Assembly (NCBI GenBank): GCA_035266845.1
Contig: DATFMP010000022.1
Span: forward strand, 13,550-77,549
Direction: 5' to 3'
DNA length: 64,000 bases
Source: a bacterium
GTDB taxonomy: Bacteria; SAR324; JACQKK01
In this document: piece by piece, positions 9,206-17,249 of the stretch
How the letters are laid out: the number at the start of each line of letters is the position of its first letter
How positions within the stretch are numbered: position 1 is the stretch's first letter
The notes under the pieces: model-generated
Told to the model about the DNA's origin: nothing
Database searches by the model: none
The model's input: only the letters and a program-made list of their open reading frames with translations
Program-made: the position numbers and the translations under genes

Positions 9206-9301
9206 ACCCCGCCAAGAGCCCTTGGAACCCGTTTTCGCGGCAGTGGCTGGATCGCCAGCCACTGCCGCCCAAACAGGGGGTTTGGGGGAACGTGTTCCCC
9301 C
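9206..9301. repeat. intergenic palindromic element, copy 1: 12-bp perfect palindrome GGCAGTGGCTGG-ATCG-CCAGCCACTGCC followed by conserved CAGGGGGTTTGGGGGAAC-GT-GTTCCCCC hairpin
   Basis: Shares a 28-nt core with the reverse strand of 23669-23700; both copies lie in convergent gene junctions. Confidence 0.5.
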
Positions 9302-9332
9302 GAATTCTTCCCCGCATCTTTGGAACGCCGCA

Positions 9333-10814
9333 CTAGACGGCGGTATTCCCGGCTGCGGCGGTGACCAGGGCCCGGAAGCGCTCGCCGCGCACCTTGTAGT
9401 TGGGGAACATATCGAAGCTGGCGCAGGCGGGGCTGAACAGCAGCACACCGCCCCCCGCCACGGCCTGGCGCGCCGCGGCGAACGCCGCCTCCAGGCTCTC
9501 GGCGCGCACCACTGGCGGTGTGGCCCGACCCAGGCGCGCGGCCGCCGCGGCCAGCTCCGCCGCAAGGCGCGGCGCCGTGGTGCCGATCAGCACCAGCCGG
9601 TGCAGCGTGGGATGCCGGCACAGCGCCTCGGCTAGCGGCGCGAAGTCCGCGTGCTTCTCCGAGCCCCCGGCGATGAGCGCCAGCGGCACGTCCTCGAAGG
9701 CCGAGAGCGCCCCCAGGGTGGCATCCGGCCGCGTGGCGTAGGAATCGTTGTAGCAGCGCACGCCATCCAGCTCCCCCACCGGCTCCAGGCGGTGCGGCAG
9801 ACCGCCGAAAGCCGCGATGGCTGCGGCCGCCGCGTCCAGCTCCGCGCCCAGCGCCTCCGCCGCCAGAAAGGCCGCCGCGGCGTTCTCCAGGTTGAAGGCG
9901 CCCGGCAGCGCCAAGTGCTCCAGCGGCTCCAGCCGCTCCGACCGGCCGCCCCGGTAGCGGTACACGCGTCCGTCCGCCACGCCGATGCCGTCCGTGACCG
10001 GACCACCGCGGCTGAAGGCCAGCGCGCCCGGCAGGCGCGCTCCCACTACCTCGCAACTCCCGGCGCTGTCCGCGCAGTAGATGACGCGCTGGGCGACCGC
10101 CCCGGCCTCGTCCAGCCCTGCCAGCAGGCCTCGTTTGGCGGCGCGGTACTCGGTCACGTCGCGGTGCCAGTCCAGGTGCTCGCTGGTGGTGCGCAACACG
10201 ACGGCCACTTCCGGCTTGCGTCCCTCCAGCCCCATAAGCTGGAAGCTGGACAGCTCCAGCACGGTCACCGTCTCGGGCGTCAGCTCGTCCAGCACGGCCA
10301 AGGGATTGAGCCCGATATTGCCCGCCGCGCGGCAGGGGACGCCGGCCCGCAGCAGCGCCGCCTCGATCAGGCTCACGGTGGTACCCTTGCCCAGCGTGCC
10401 GGTCACGCCCGCCACAGGGCCCGGGCAGGCCGCCAGGAACAGCGCCGTGGCGGAGGTGATCCGCGCTCCCGCAACCCGCGCGGCCGCCAGCGCGGGCTGA
10501 TCCGGCCGCACGCCCGGGCTGCGCACCACGGTGCCGCAGGCCGCCAGCGCCGTGCGCCAGTCGCCCTCTCCGTGTACGGGCAGGTCGGCCAGCGCCGGGT
10601 CTTCGTCCGCCGCAGCGGGGGTCAGGGCGCGGTCGAACACAGCCAGTTCTTCCACGCCATGGGCCCGCAGGAAGCGCAGCGACGCCCGGCCCTCCACGCC
10701 GTAGCCCACGATGCCCACCGGCCGCGGCAGCTCCGCGACCAGTTCCGCCGCCGGGCGCACCGCCTGGCCGGAAGCCCGACTAAGCCGCCGCTGTCCGGGC
10801 ATAGCCCTCCGCAT
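9333..10814 (-). CDS. murD: UDP-N-acetylmuramoylalanine--D-glutamate ligase (Mur ligase family)
   Basis: N-terminal Rossmann VGIVGYGVEG; P-loop VTGTLGKGTT; PHRLE; C-terminal SPACASFDMFPNYKVRGERF, characteristic of MurD. Confidence 0.85.
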   Translation of the reverse strand: MRRAMPGQRRLSRASGQAVRPAAELVAELPRPVGIVGYGVEGRASLRFLRAHGVEELAVFDRALTPAAADEDPALADLPVHGEGDWRTALAACGTVVRSPGVRPDQPALAAARVAGARITSATALFLAACPGPVAGVTGTLGKGTTVSLIEAALLRAGVPCRAAGNIGLNPLAVLDELTPETVTVLELSSFQLMGLEGRKPEVAVVLRTTSEHLDWHRDVTEYRAAKRGLLAGLDEAGAVAQRVIYCADSAGSCEVVGARLPGALAFSRGGPVTDGIGVADGRVYRYRGGRSERLEPLEHLALPGAFNLENAAAAFLAAEALGAELDAAAAAIAAFGGLPHRLEPVGELDGVRCYNDSYATRPDATLGALSAFEDVPLALIAGGSEKHADFAPLAEALCRHPTLHRLVLIGTTAPRLAAELAAAAARLGRATPPVVRAESLEAAFAAARQAVAGGGVLLFSPACASFDMFPNYKVRGERFRALVTAAAGNTAV

Positions 10815-11946
10815 CGGCTAGGCGCGCCACGGCAGGCCGCAACGCCTCCGGCACGAAGCCGGGCCTGGCGTGGATGTACTCGGGGTACAGGGTGAGGCGC
10901 TCGCGCAGGGTGTAGCCCACCTCCGCGCTGCGCCGGGCCAGCTCGGCGATCTGCGGCCAGGGCGCCTCGGGATTGATGTGGTCCGGCGTGACCGGCGAGA
11001 CGCCGCCCCAGTCGTTGATGCCCGCCAGCAGCAGCAGCGGGTAGCTCTCCGGCGACAGATTGGGCGGTGCCTGCAGGTTCATCTCGCCCCCCAGCAGCAG
11101 CCGCGCCACGGCGATGGTGCGCAGCAGGTCGGTCAGGGGCGGGTCGGGCCAGTCCGCCATGGGAATGCCCGCCTTGGCGCGGAAGTTCTGTACGATTACC
11201 TCCTGGATGTGCCCGTAGCGTGCGTGCAGGTCACGCACGGTGAGCAGCGTCTGCACACGCTCGGCGGGCGTCTCGCCGATGCCGATCAGCAGGCCGGTGG
11301 TGAAGGGGAAGCGCAGCTCGCCCGCGAAGCGCAGGTTGGCGATGCGGGCGCCGGGCGCCTTGTCCGGGGCGTGTGCGTGGGGCATGCCGGGAGCCCGCAA
11401 CCGGGGCGTGAGGTTCTCCAGCATGATGCCCATGCTGCCGCTGGTGCCGCGCAGCGCGGCCATCTCGCGGCGGCTCAGCGTGCCCGGGTTGGGGTGCGGC
11501 AGCAGTCCGGTCTCCGCCAGCACTGCGCGGCACATTTCCGCCAGGTAGCCGGTGGTGCTCTCGAAGCCCAGTCCGCGCAGCTCCGTCGCCACCTGCGCGA
11601 AGCGCACCTCAGGCTTGTCGCCCAGGCTGAACAGCGCCTCCTTGCAGCCCACCGCCGCCCCGGCCCGCGCGATGGCCAGTACCTCGTCGGGCGTCAGGTA
11701 GCGGGCGCCGGGCTGGCCGGGGTCGCGCTTGAAGGTGCAGTAGCCGCAGTCGTCGCGGCAGTAGGTGGTGAGCGGGATGAACACCTTGCGCGAGTAAGTC
11801 ACCACGCGCCCCTTGTGCGCCTCGCGCAGCTCGGCGGCGGCCTGCATCAACTCCAGCAGGGCCGCGCCCTGGGCCCCAAGCAGTGCCGTGGCCTCCTCGG
11901 CCGTGAGGCCGCCCTGCTGGGCTCGGGTCAGCAGCTCGGTGGGCAT
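10780..11946 (-). CDS. cofG: radical SAM 7,8-didemethyl-8-hydroxy-5-deazariboflavin (FO) synthase subunit CofG / FbiC N-terminal half homolog
   Basis: VTYSRKVFIPLTTYCRDDCGYCTF matches the CofG/FbiC CxxxCxxC region almost exactly; 388 aa; overlaps the murD start by 35 nt. Confidence 0.75.
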   Translation of the reverse strand: MPTELLTRAQQGGLTAEEATALLGAQGAALLELMQAAAELREAHKGRVVTYSRKVFIPLTTYCRDDCGYCTFKRDPGQPGARYLTPDEVLAIARAGAAVGCKEALFSLGDKPEVRFAQVATELRGLGFESTTGYLAEMCRAVLAETGLLPHPNPGTLSRREMAALRGTSGSMGIMLENLTPRLRAPGMPHAHAPDKAPGARIANLRFAGELRFPFTTGLLIGIGETPAERVQTLLTVRDLHARYGHIQEVIVQNFRAKAGIPMADWPDPPLTDLLRTIAVARLLLGGEMNLQAPPNLSPESYPLLLLAGINDWGGVSPVTPDHINPEAPWPQIAELARRSAEVGYTLRERLTLYPEYIHARPGFVPEALRPAVARLADAEGYARTAAA

Positions 11947-12082
11947 GGCGGTCCGTGGCGACGATCGGTGGCGGGCAGCATCCGCAGATCTCTCGGATCA
12001 CATCGATTCAGACGACCAGCAGACACCGCCGTCCGCCTGGATGCAAGCGGCGCTAACCCCGCAGCCGGCCGGCACACCCGCC

Positions 12083-13789
12083 TCAATCCTGCCGGATCGG
12101 GCGCCCGATGCGCCGCTCCACGATGCGCGTCACGGCCGAGGCATCGTCCTCGCCGTAGCCCGCCGCCAGGGCTTCCTCCAGCAGCCCACGCGCCGCGTCG
12201 TGGATGGGCGTGGGCACGCCCGTGCCCGCGAAGAAGGCCTTGGCGAGCTGGCTGTCCTTGTGCGCCAGCTTCAGCTTGAAGCGCGGCGAGAAGTCGCCCT
12301 TGATGATGGTGGGCACCTTGCGGTCGAAGTAGTTACCGAAGGCCATGCCCCCCCCGTTGCGCACCACCTCGTAGAAGGTCTGCAGGTTCACGCCGTTCTG
12401 TGCGCACAGCGCCAGGGCCTCGGCCACGGCGGCGTAGTTCACGGCACCCAGGGCGTTGTGCAGCAGCTTGACCTTGTTGGCCGTGGCGGCCGGGCCCACG
12501 TAGATGTACTTGCGGCCCGCCAGTTCCAGGTACGGCGTGATCCGATCCAGGTGCGCGCGCTGGCCGCCCAGCATGTAGAACACTTGCCCCGCCTCCGCCT
12601 GCGGCTTGGAGCCCAGCATGGGCCCCGTGAAGTGGTGGACGCCCTTGGCGCGCAGCTCGGCATCCAGCGCGTCCGTGAACTCCGGGCTGACCGTGGACAG
12701 GTCGCAGGTCACCGTGCCCGCGCGCAACACCGGCATCATGCCGGCCTCGCCCCGGAACACGGCATTCACCGCCGAGTCGTCGGGCAGGCAGGTCAGGATC
12801 ACCTGGCAGCGCTCGGCCAGGGCGCGCGGGGATTCCGCCACTTCCACGTTGGCCTGCTTCGCCGCCTCGCGCATGGCCGCGGGGTTCGCATCGTAGACCA
12901 GCACGGACTTGCCCGACTTCGCCAGGTTCAGCGCCTGGGGCAGGCCCATCGTGCCCAGCCCAATGAAGCCCACCCGTTCCTCTGCGACCGGGGGCTTGCG
13001 GGCCGCCATGCGCCCCGTGATGCCGCGCATGGGCAGGGCTCGCTTGGCAGGCGCCCGCTTGGGCGCGGCGGCCCGGACGCTTGCCTTGGGCGCCGCCTTG
13101 GCCCCTGCTGTGCGCTTGGGTGCGGCTTTGGCCGTGGGGCGCTTGGCCGTCGTTGCCCGCTTGGGGGCCGCTTTCGTCACAGTGGCTCGCTTGGGTGCAG
13201 CTTTGGCGGCAGTGGCACGCTTGGCCGGGGGTTTTGCGGCACCGCGCTTGGCCGCCGTGGCACGCGCGACGGGCTTCGCGGCAGCCTTGGCAGGGGTGCC
13301 GCGCTTGGGCGCAGCCTTGGCGGCCTTAACAGCAGGGCCTTTGGGCGCCGCCTTGGTGGCTGTGGCCCGCTTCGGTGCCGCTTTGGCGGCAGAGACCCGC
13401 TTGGCCGCGGGTTTTGCAGCCCCGCGCTTGGCGGTCGTCGCACGCGCGGCGGGCTTCACGGCACCCTTGGCAGGGGTGCCGCGCTTGGGTGTCGTCTTGG
13501 CCGTGGCGCGCTTGGGTGCGGCCTTCGCGGCCGTCCGCTGGGTCGCCGCCTTGGCGGTGGCTCGTTTGGGCACCGCCTTGGCGATGGCGGGCTTGCGTGC
13601 TGGCGCAGCCTTGCTCGCTGCCGTCCGTTTCGCCGCCGGCTTGCGGGCAGGAGCGGCCTTGCTCGCCGTGCGCTTGGCTGCAGGCTTCGCCGCGGACTTG
13701 CGGGCCGCAGGTTTTCGGGCAGCCGGTTTGGCTGCGGCAGGCCGCGTCTTGCGGTCCGCATTGGTGCGGGCTTTCGAGTTGGTAGCCAC
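12083..13789 (-). CDS. fusion protein: N-terminal ~250 aa K/A/P-rich histone-H1-like (AlgP/Hc1-like) repeat domain plus C-terminal NAD(P)-dependent beta-hydroxyacid dehydrogenase (HIBADH/6PGDH family)
   Basis: C-terminal FIGLGTMGLPQALNL, GTVTCDLSTVSP and LAHKDSQLA motifs. The N-terminus is AAKPAAKR/AAPKRAT repeats in frame with no stop. A GTG start at 13789 is preceded by a GAGGAG Shine-Dalgarno 7 nt upstream. Confidence 0.8.
   Translation of the reverse strand: MATNSKARTNADRKTRPAAAKPAARKPAARKSAAKPAAKRTASKAAPARKPAAKRTAASKAAPARKPAIAKAVPKRATAKAATQRTAAKAAPKRATAKTTPKRGTPAKGAVKPAARATTAKRGAAKPAAKRVSAAKAAPKRATATKAAPKGPAVKAAKAAPKRGTPAKAAAKPVARATAAKRGAAKPPAKRATAAKAAPKRATVTKAAPKRATTAKRPTAKAAPKRTAGAKAAPKASVRAAAPKRAPAKRALPMRGITGRMAARKPPVAEERVGFIGLGTMGLPQALNLAKSGKSVLVYDANPAAMREAAKQANVEVAESPRALAERCQVILTCLPDDSAVNAVFRGEAGMMPVLRAGTVTCDLSTVSPEFTDALDAELRAKGVHHFTGPMLGSKPQAEAGQVFYMLGGQRAHLDRITPYLELAGRKYIYVGPAATANKVKLLHNALGAVNYAAVAEALALCAQNGVNLQTFYEVVRNGGGMAFGNYFDRKVPTIIKGDFSPRFKLKLAHKDSQLAKAFFAGTGVPTPIHDAARGLLEEALAAGYGEDDASAVTRIVERRIGRPIRQD
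13200..13505 (-). repeat. ~180 bp tandem direct repeat (2 units, ~85% identical) encoding the repeated K/A/P-rich segment
   Basis: 13201-13325 aligns to 13381-13505 (ctttggcggcag...gccttggcaggggtgccgcgcttggg). Confidence 0.6.
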
Positions 13790-13850
13790 GTCCGCTTCTC
13801 CTCAAGGTACGCAGGGTCCACTGTCCCGGCACCACCACGGGCACGCAGGA

Positions 13851-14627
13851 CTAGCGGAACAGGTCCATCTCCGGGGCGCGGATGAGCGCCTGGCCGCCCG
13901 CGCCCGCGCTGGCCTGACCCTGAGGCCAGGGCCAGCCACGGATCACGGCCGCGGGCACGCGCCCGGTTTTGCCGCAGACGAGGTCCGCAGCGCAGGCCAG
14001 CTCGTCCGCCACGGCGATAATGGTCGCGTGCAGGGTGCGCCCATCCACGTCCGGCGATTCGCGATAGTCCACCAGCGGCGCCAGCCCGGCCACGCCCAGG
14101 GCCACCTGGGTGAGACCCACACGCCAGGGCCGCCCGAAGGTATCCGCCACGATCACGGCCACGTCCGCCCCCGTGCCCGCGCGCAGGGCCTCGCGCAGGG
14201 CACGCGCCGAACGGTCGGAGTCCTCCGGCAGCAGGATCGCCACCTCGCTGCCGTCGCCCGCGCCGGCGTTGGAGAGGTCCACACCAGCGTTGGCGCAGAT
14301 AAAGCCATGGTGCGTCTCGGTGATCAGCACGCCCCGTTCCATGCGCACCACGCGGCGGCTCTCCCGCAGCACCAGCTCGATCAGCCGCGGGTCCTTGCCC
14401 CAGCGCTGGGCCCAGGTGCGGGCGTGGGGCGAGGGCTCCACGCCGGCCAGGGCCACCCGCGAGCCTTCGGCTTTGGAAACAACCTTCTGCGCAATCACCA
14501 GCACGTCGCCATCGGCCAGGACGGGCCCCCGATCGCGCAGGACAGCCAGCAGGAGGCCTCCCAGGTCGTCCCCGGGGTGAATCTCCGGCAGGCCCTCCAC
14601 GGGATGGACGGTCACGGGTGCGGTCAT
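13851..14627 (-). CDS. cofE: coenzyme F420-0:L-glutamate ligase
   Basis: GDVLVIAQKVVSKAEGS and ITETHHGFICANAGVD motifs; 258 aa from the ATG at 14627. The rest of the 715 aa ORF is antisense to trxA/truA. Confidence 0.85.
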   Translation of the reverse strand: MTAPVTVHPVEGLPEIHPGDDLGGLLLAVLRDRGPVLADGDVLVIAQKVVSKAEGSRVALAGVEPSPHARTWAQRWGKDPRLIELVLRESRRVVRMERGVLITETHHGFICANAGVDLSNAGAGDGSEVAILLPEDSDRSARALREALRAGTGADVAVIVADTFGRPWRVGLTQVALGVAGLAPLVDYRESPDVDGRTLHATIIAVADELACAADLVCGKTGRVPAAVIRGWPWPQGQASAGAGGQALIRAPEMDLFR

Positions 14628-14849
14628 GAAGCTCCGGCTCTCGGCGGGGCGCGCTCCCGCCATCCTAAGCATCGCGGGCCGGCCCCGCAACGGGACCCTT
14701 GCCCGGCTCGGTTGCCTGCCTCCCGGTGCGCCAGTATACTGCTCTTTCGGAACCCTGCGCTGCGGCGCGTGGGGGCCGGCGCCCGGGATGGCGCCGCCTC
14801 GCGGCGTCCGCGGCTCCGTCAGTTGCATTCCTAATGGGGTGAACGACTT

Positions 14850-15170
14850 ATGGCAAGCGAAACGGTGGTCAACCTGACCGACGACACGTTCGATTCCGGC
14901 ATCAAGTCCGGCCTGACCCTGGTGGATTTCTGGGCGGAGTGGTGCGCGCCCTGCAAGGCGCTCTCGCCCGCCATCGAGCAGCTCGCGGACGAATTCGGCG
15001 AGAAGCTGCGCGTGGCCAAGGTGGATATCGACTCCAACCCGGGCATCCCTGGCCGCTTCGGCATCCGCGGCATTCCCACCGTGATCCTGTTCAAGGACGG
15101 CACCCAGGTGGACATGTTCGTGGGCAACAGCCCGCAGAAAATCCGCGAGATGGTCGAGCGCGCCGTCTAG
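14850..15170 (+). CDS. trxA: thioredoxin
   Basis: WAEWCAPCK active site; 106 aa. Confidence 0.95.
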   Translation: MASETVVNLTDDTFDSGIKSGLTLVDFWAEWCAPCKALSPAIEQLADEFGEKLRVAKVDIDSNPGIPGRFGIRGIPTVILFKDGTQVDMFVGNSPQKIREMVERAV

Positions 15171-15302
15171 GCCCCTGCCGGGTGGGGCGGCGCTGCCCGC
15201 CTCTCGCGGCATCCGCCGGGCTGGCGTCGACCGGCCCCGGCGCAGGCCTCCTTCTCGCCCCCAGGGCGCGCCCGGTCTTGCACGCGGAGGGCCGGTCCGC
15301 CT

Positions 15303-16193
15303 GTGTACGGCCCGCGACCCGCACCCACCATGCACTCCCCTGACCCCAGCGATAGCGCCCCCGACGCACACGCGGACCAACCGACGTCGCACGAGCCGGC
15401 CACACCGCTTCAGAACTACGCCCTGCTGCTGGCGTACAATGGCAGCGGCTACCAGGGCTGGCAGATCCAGCCCCACGGGCCCAGCGTGCAGGGGGCGCTG
15501 GAGGACGCGCTGCACACGATCACCCGGCGCACAGTGAAGGTCTATGGCTCCGGCCGCACGGACGCCGGGGTGCACGCGCTGAACCAGGTGGCCAACGTCC
15601 GCCTGCCGCCGGGGCAGGACTTGCACAAGCTGCGCGCGAGCCTCAACGGATTGCTGGGGCCGAGCGTCTCCGTCAAGGCCGTGGTGCCGGTGGCCGAGCG
15701 CTTCCACGCGCGGCACAGCGCCCGCGGCAAACACTATCGCTACCAGCTCTTCAACCGGCCTTTTCCGCCCGTATTCGGGCGCCACCGCGCCTGGTGGATC
15801 AAGCTGCCGCTGGACGTGCCGGCCATGCGGGCGGCTGCGGCGCACCTGATCGGGGAGCACGACTTTTCGGCATTCCGCGCCAAGCAGTGCGCGGCACGGC
15901 ATCCCGTGCGCACCCTGCATCGACTGGAACTGCTGGAGCGCGACTGGCCGGGCTGCACGCTCTCCATCGAGCTGGAGGCCAACGGCTTCCTGCAGCACAT
16001 GGCCCGAATCGTGACGGGCACACTGGTGGAAGTGGGGCTAGGCAAGCTGCCCCCGGAGGCCGTGGAGCGCATCCTGGCCGGCCGGCAACGGGAGCAGGCC
16101 CCTGCCACCGCCCCTCCCGGCGGGCTGCACCTGCTGCGCGTGTACTACGACCTGGCGGAATTCCCGGAGCTGCGCGCCTTCACGGAAGCCTGA
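15303..16193 (+). CDS. truA: tRNA pseudouridine(38-40) synthase
   Basis: YNGSGYQGWQIQ...GSGRTDAGVHAL catalytic Asp motif; the start could be the internal ATG near 15330. Confidence 0.9.
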   Translation: MYGPRPAPTMHSPDPSDSAPDAHADQPTSHEPATPLQNYALLLAYNGSGYQGWQIQPHGPSVQGALEDALHTITRRTVKVYGSGRTDAGVHALNQVANVRLPPGQDLHKLRASLNGLLGPSVSVKAVVPVAERFHARHSARGKHYRYQLFNRPFPPVFGRHRAWWIKLPLDVPAMRAAAAHLIGEHDFSAFRAKQCAARHPVRTLHRLELLERDWPGCTLSIELEANGFLQHMARIVTGTLVEVGLGKLPPEAVERILAGRQREQAPATAPPGGLHLLRVYYDLAEFPELRAFTEA

Positions 16194-16347
16194 GACGCAC
16201 GGCCTCGGCCCGCCTGCGGCTGCCTCCGACCGCCCCTGGGCCGACGGTTTACGTCGCCACCCGAGACGACTATGCTGGCCGTGGGGCGCATCCGCGCGGC
16301 TGCGGGCCCGGAGGTCCCGCGCCGGCGGCGCAAGGAGAGAGCATTCC

Positions 16348-17232
16348 ATGGGCGATCGATTGATCCGCGGACACTTCCCGCAGCACGGGATCCGCTTTGC
16401 GGTGTGCCAGGCAGCGGAGACCTGCACAGAGGCTGTGCAGCGGCATCAGGCGGACTGGCTGGCCGCCTGGCTGCTCAGCGAGGCGCTCACCTGCGCCAGC
16501 CTGCTCAGCGTGATGCTCAAGGCGACGGAGAAGTACACGCTGCGCTGGATGTACCCGGGGCCCGTGGGCACCATCCTCGCCGATACGGACGAGCATGGGG
16601 AGGTGCGGGGCTTCCCGCAGCGCCTGCGGCTGCTGGAGGAGGTAACCACGCTGGCCGAGGCGATGGGCGGCGAGGGCCGCATCACGGCCACCACCAGCCT
16701 GCCCAACCGCGTGCTGCACACCGGCATCACACCGGGCGTGTTCCGCGACGTTCCGCGGGATATGGCGCACCTGCTGTCGCTGTCCTTCCAGGTGGAAAGC
16801 GCCATGTGCGTGGGGCTGATCATGCCGCCCGCCGAGCCGGTGACCGTGCAGTCCGCCCTGGGCGTGCTGCTGCAGCCCCTGCCGGGAGCCGACCTCGAGC
16901 GCTTCGAGGCGGTGCGCGCGGCCGTGGAGCAGCCGGACTTCCGCGCGTGGCTGGAGGAGGCGCCGCGGGCTCCGGAGACCGTGCTGGAGCGCGTCGGCCC
17001 GGCCGGCGATACCCCCCAGGTGCTGCAGGAGAGCACACCGCGCTTCCGCTGCCACTGCTCACGGGAGAAGGTGGCGTCCGTGCTGCGCATGTTCGATCCC
17101 GCGGAACTGCAGGATATGCTGGAGAGCGAGGGCCAGGCGGACGTAAATTGCCACTTCTGCGCCGCCACCTACCACTTCAGCCGCTCGGACCTGGAGACGA
17201 TGCTCGGGCAGAGCCAGATCGGCCACGCCTGA
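16348..17232 (+). CDS. hslO: redox-regulated chaperone Hsp33
   Basis: C-terminal zinc centre CHCSREK...CHFCAATY; 294 aa. Confidence 0.9.
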   Translation: MGDRLIRGHFPQHGIRFAVCQAAETCTEAVQRHQADWLAAWLLSEALTCASLLSVMLKATEKYTLRWMYPGPVGTILADTDEHGEVRGFPQRLRLLEEVTTLAEAMGGEGRITATTSLPNRVLHTGITPGVFRDVPRDMAHLLSLSFQVESAMCVGLIMPPAEPVTVQSALGVLLQPLPGADLERFEAVRAAVEQPDFRAWLEEAPRAPETVLERVGPAGDTPQVLQESTPRFRCHCSREKVASVLRMFDPAELQDMLESEGQADVNCHFCAATYHFSRSDLETMLGQSQIGHA

Positions 17233-17249
17233 GCCGCGGCCGCCGGGGG

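Noticed and set aside
13851-15998. 715-aa ORF
   Set aside because: Only the last 258 aa (CofE) are real. The N-terminal 460 aa are antisense to trxA/truA and compositionally junk.
16272-17249. N-terminal third of the 1116-aa ORF
   Set aside because: Overlaps hslO out of frame. lptD starts at the signal-peptide Met at 17250.
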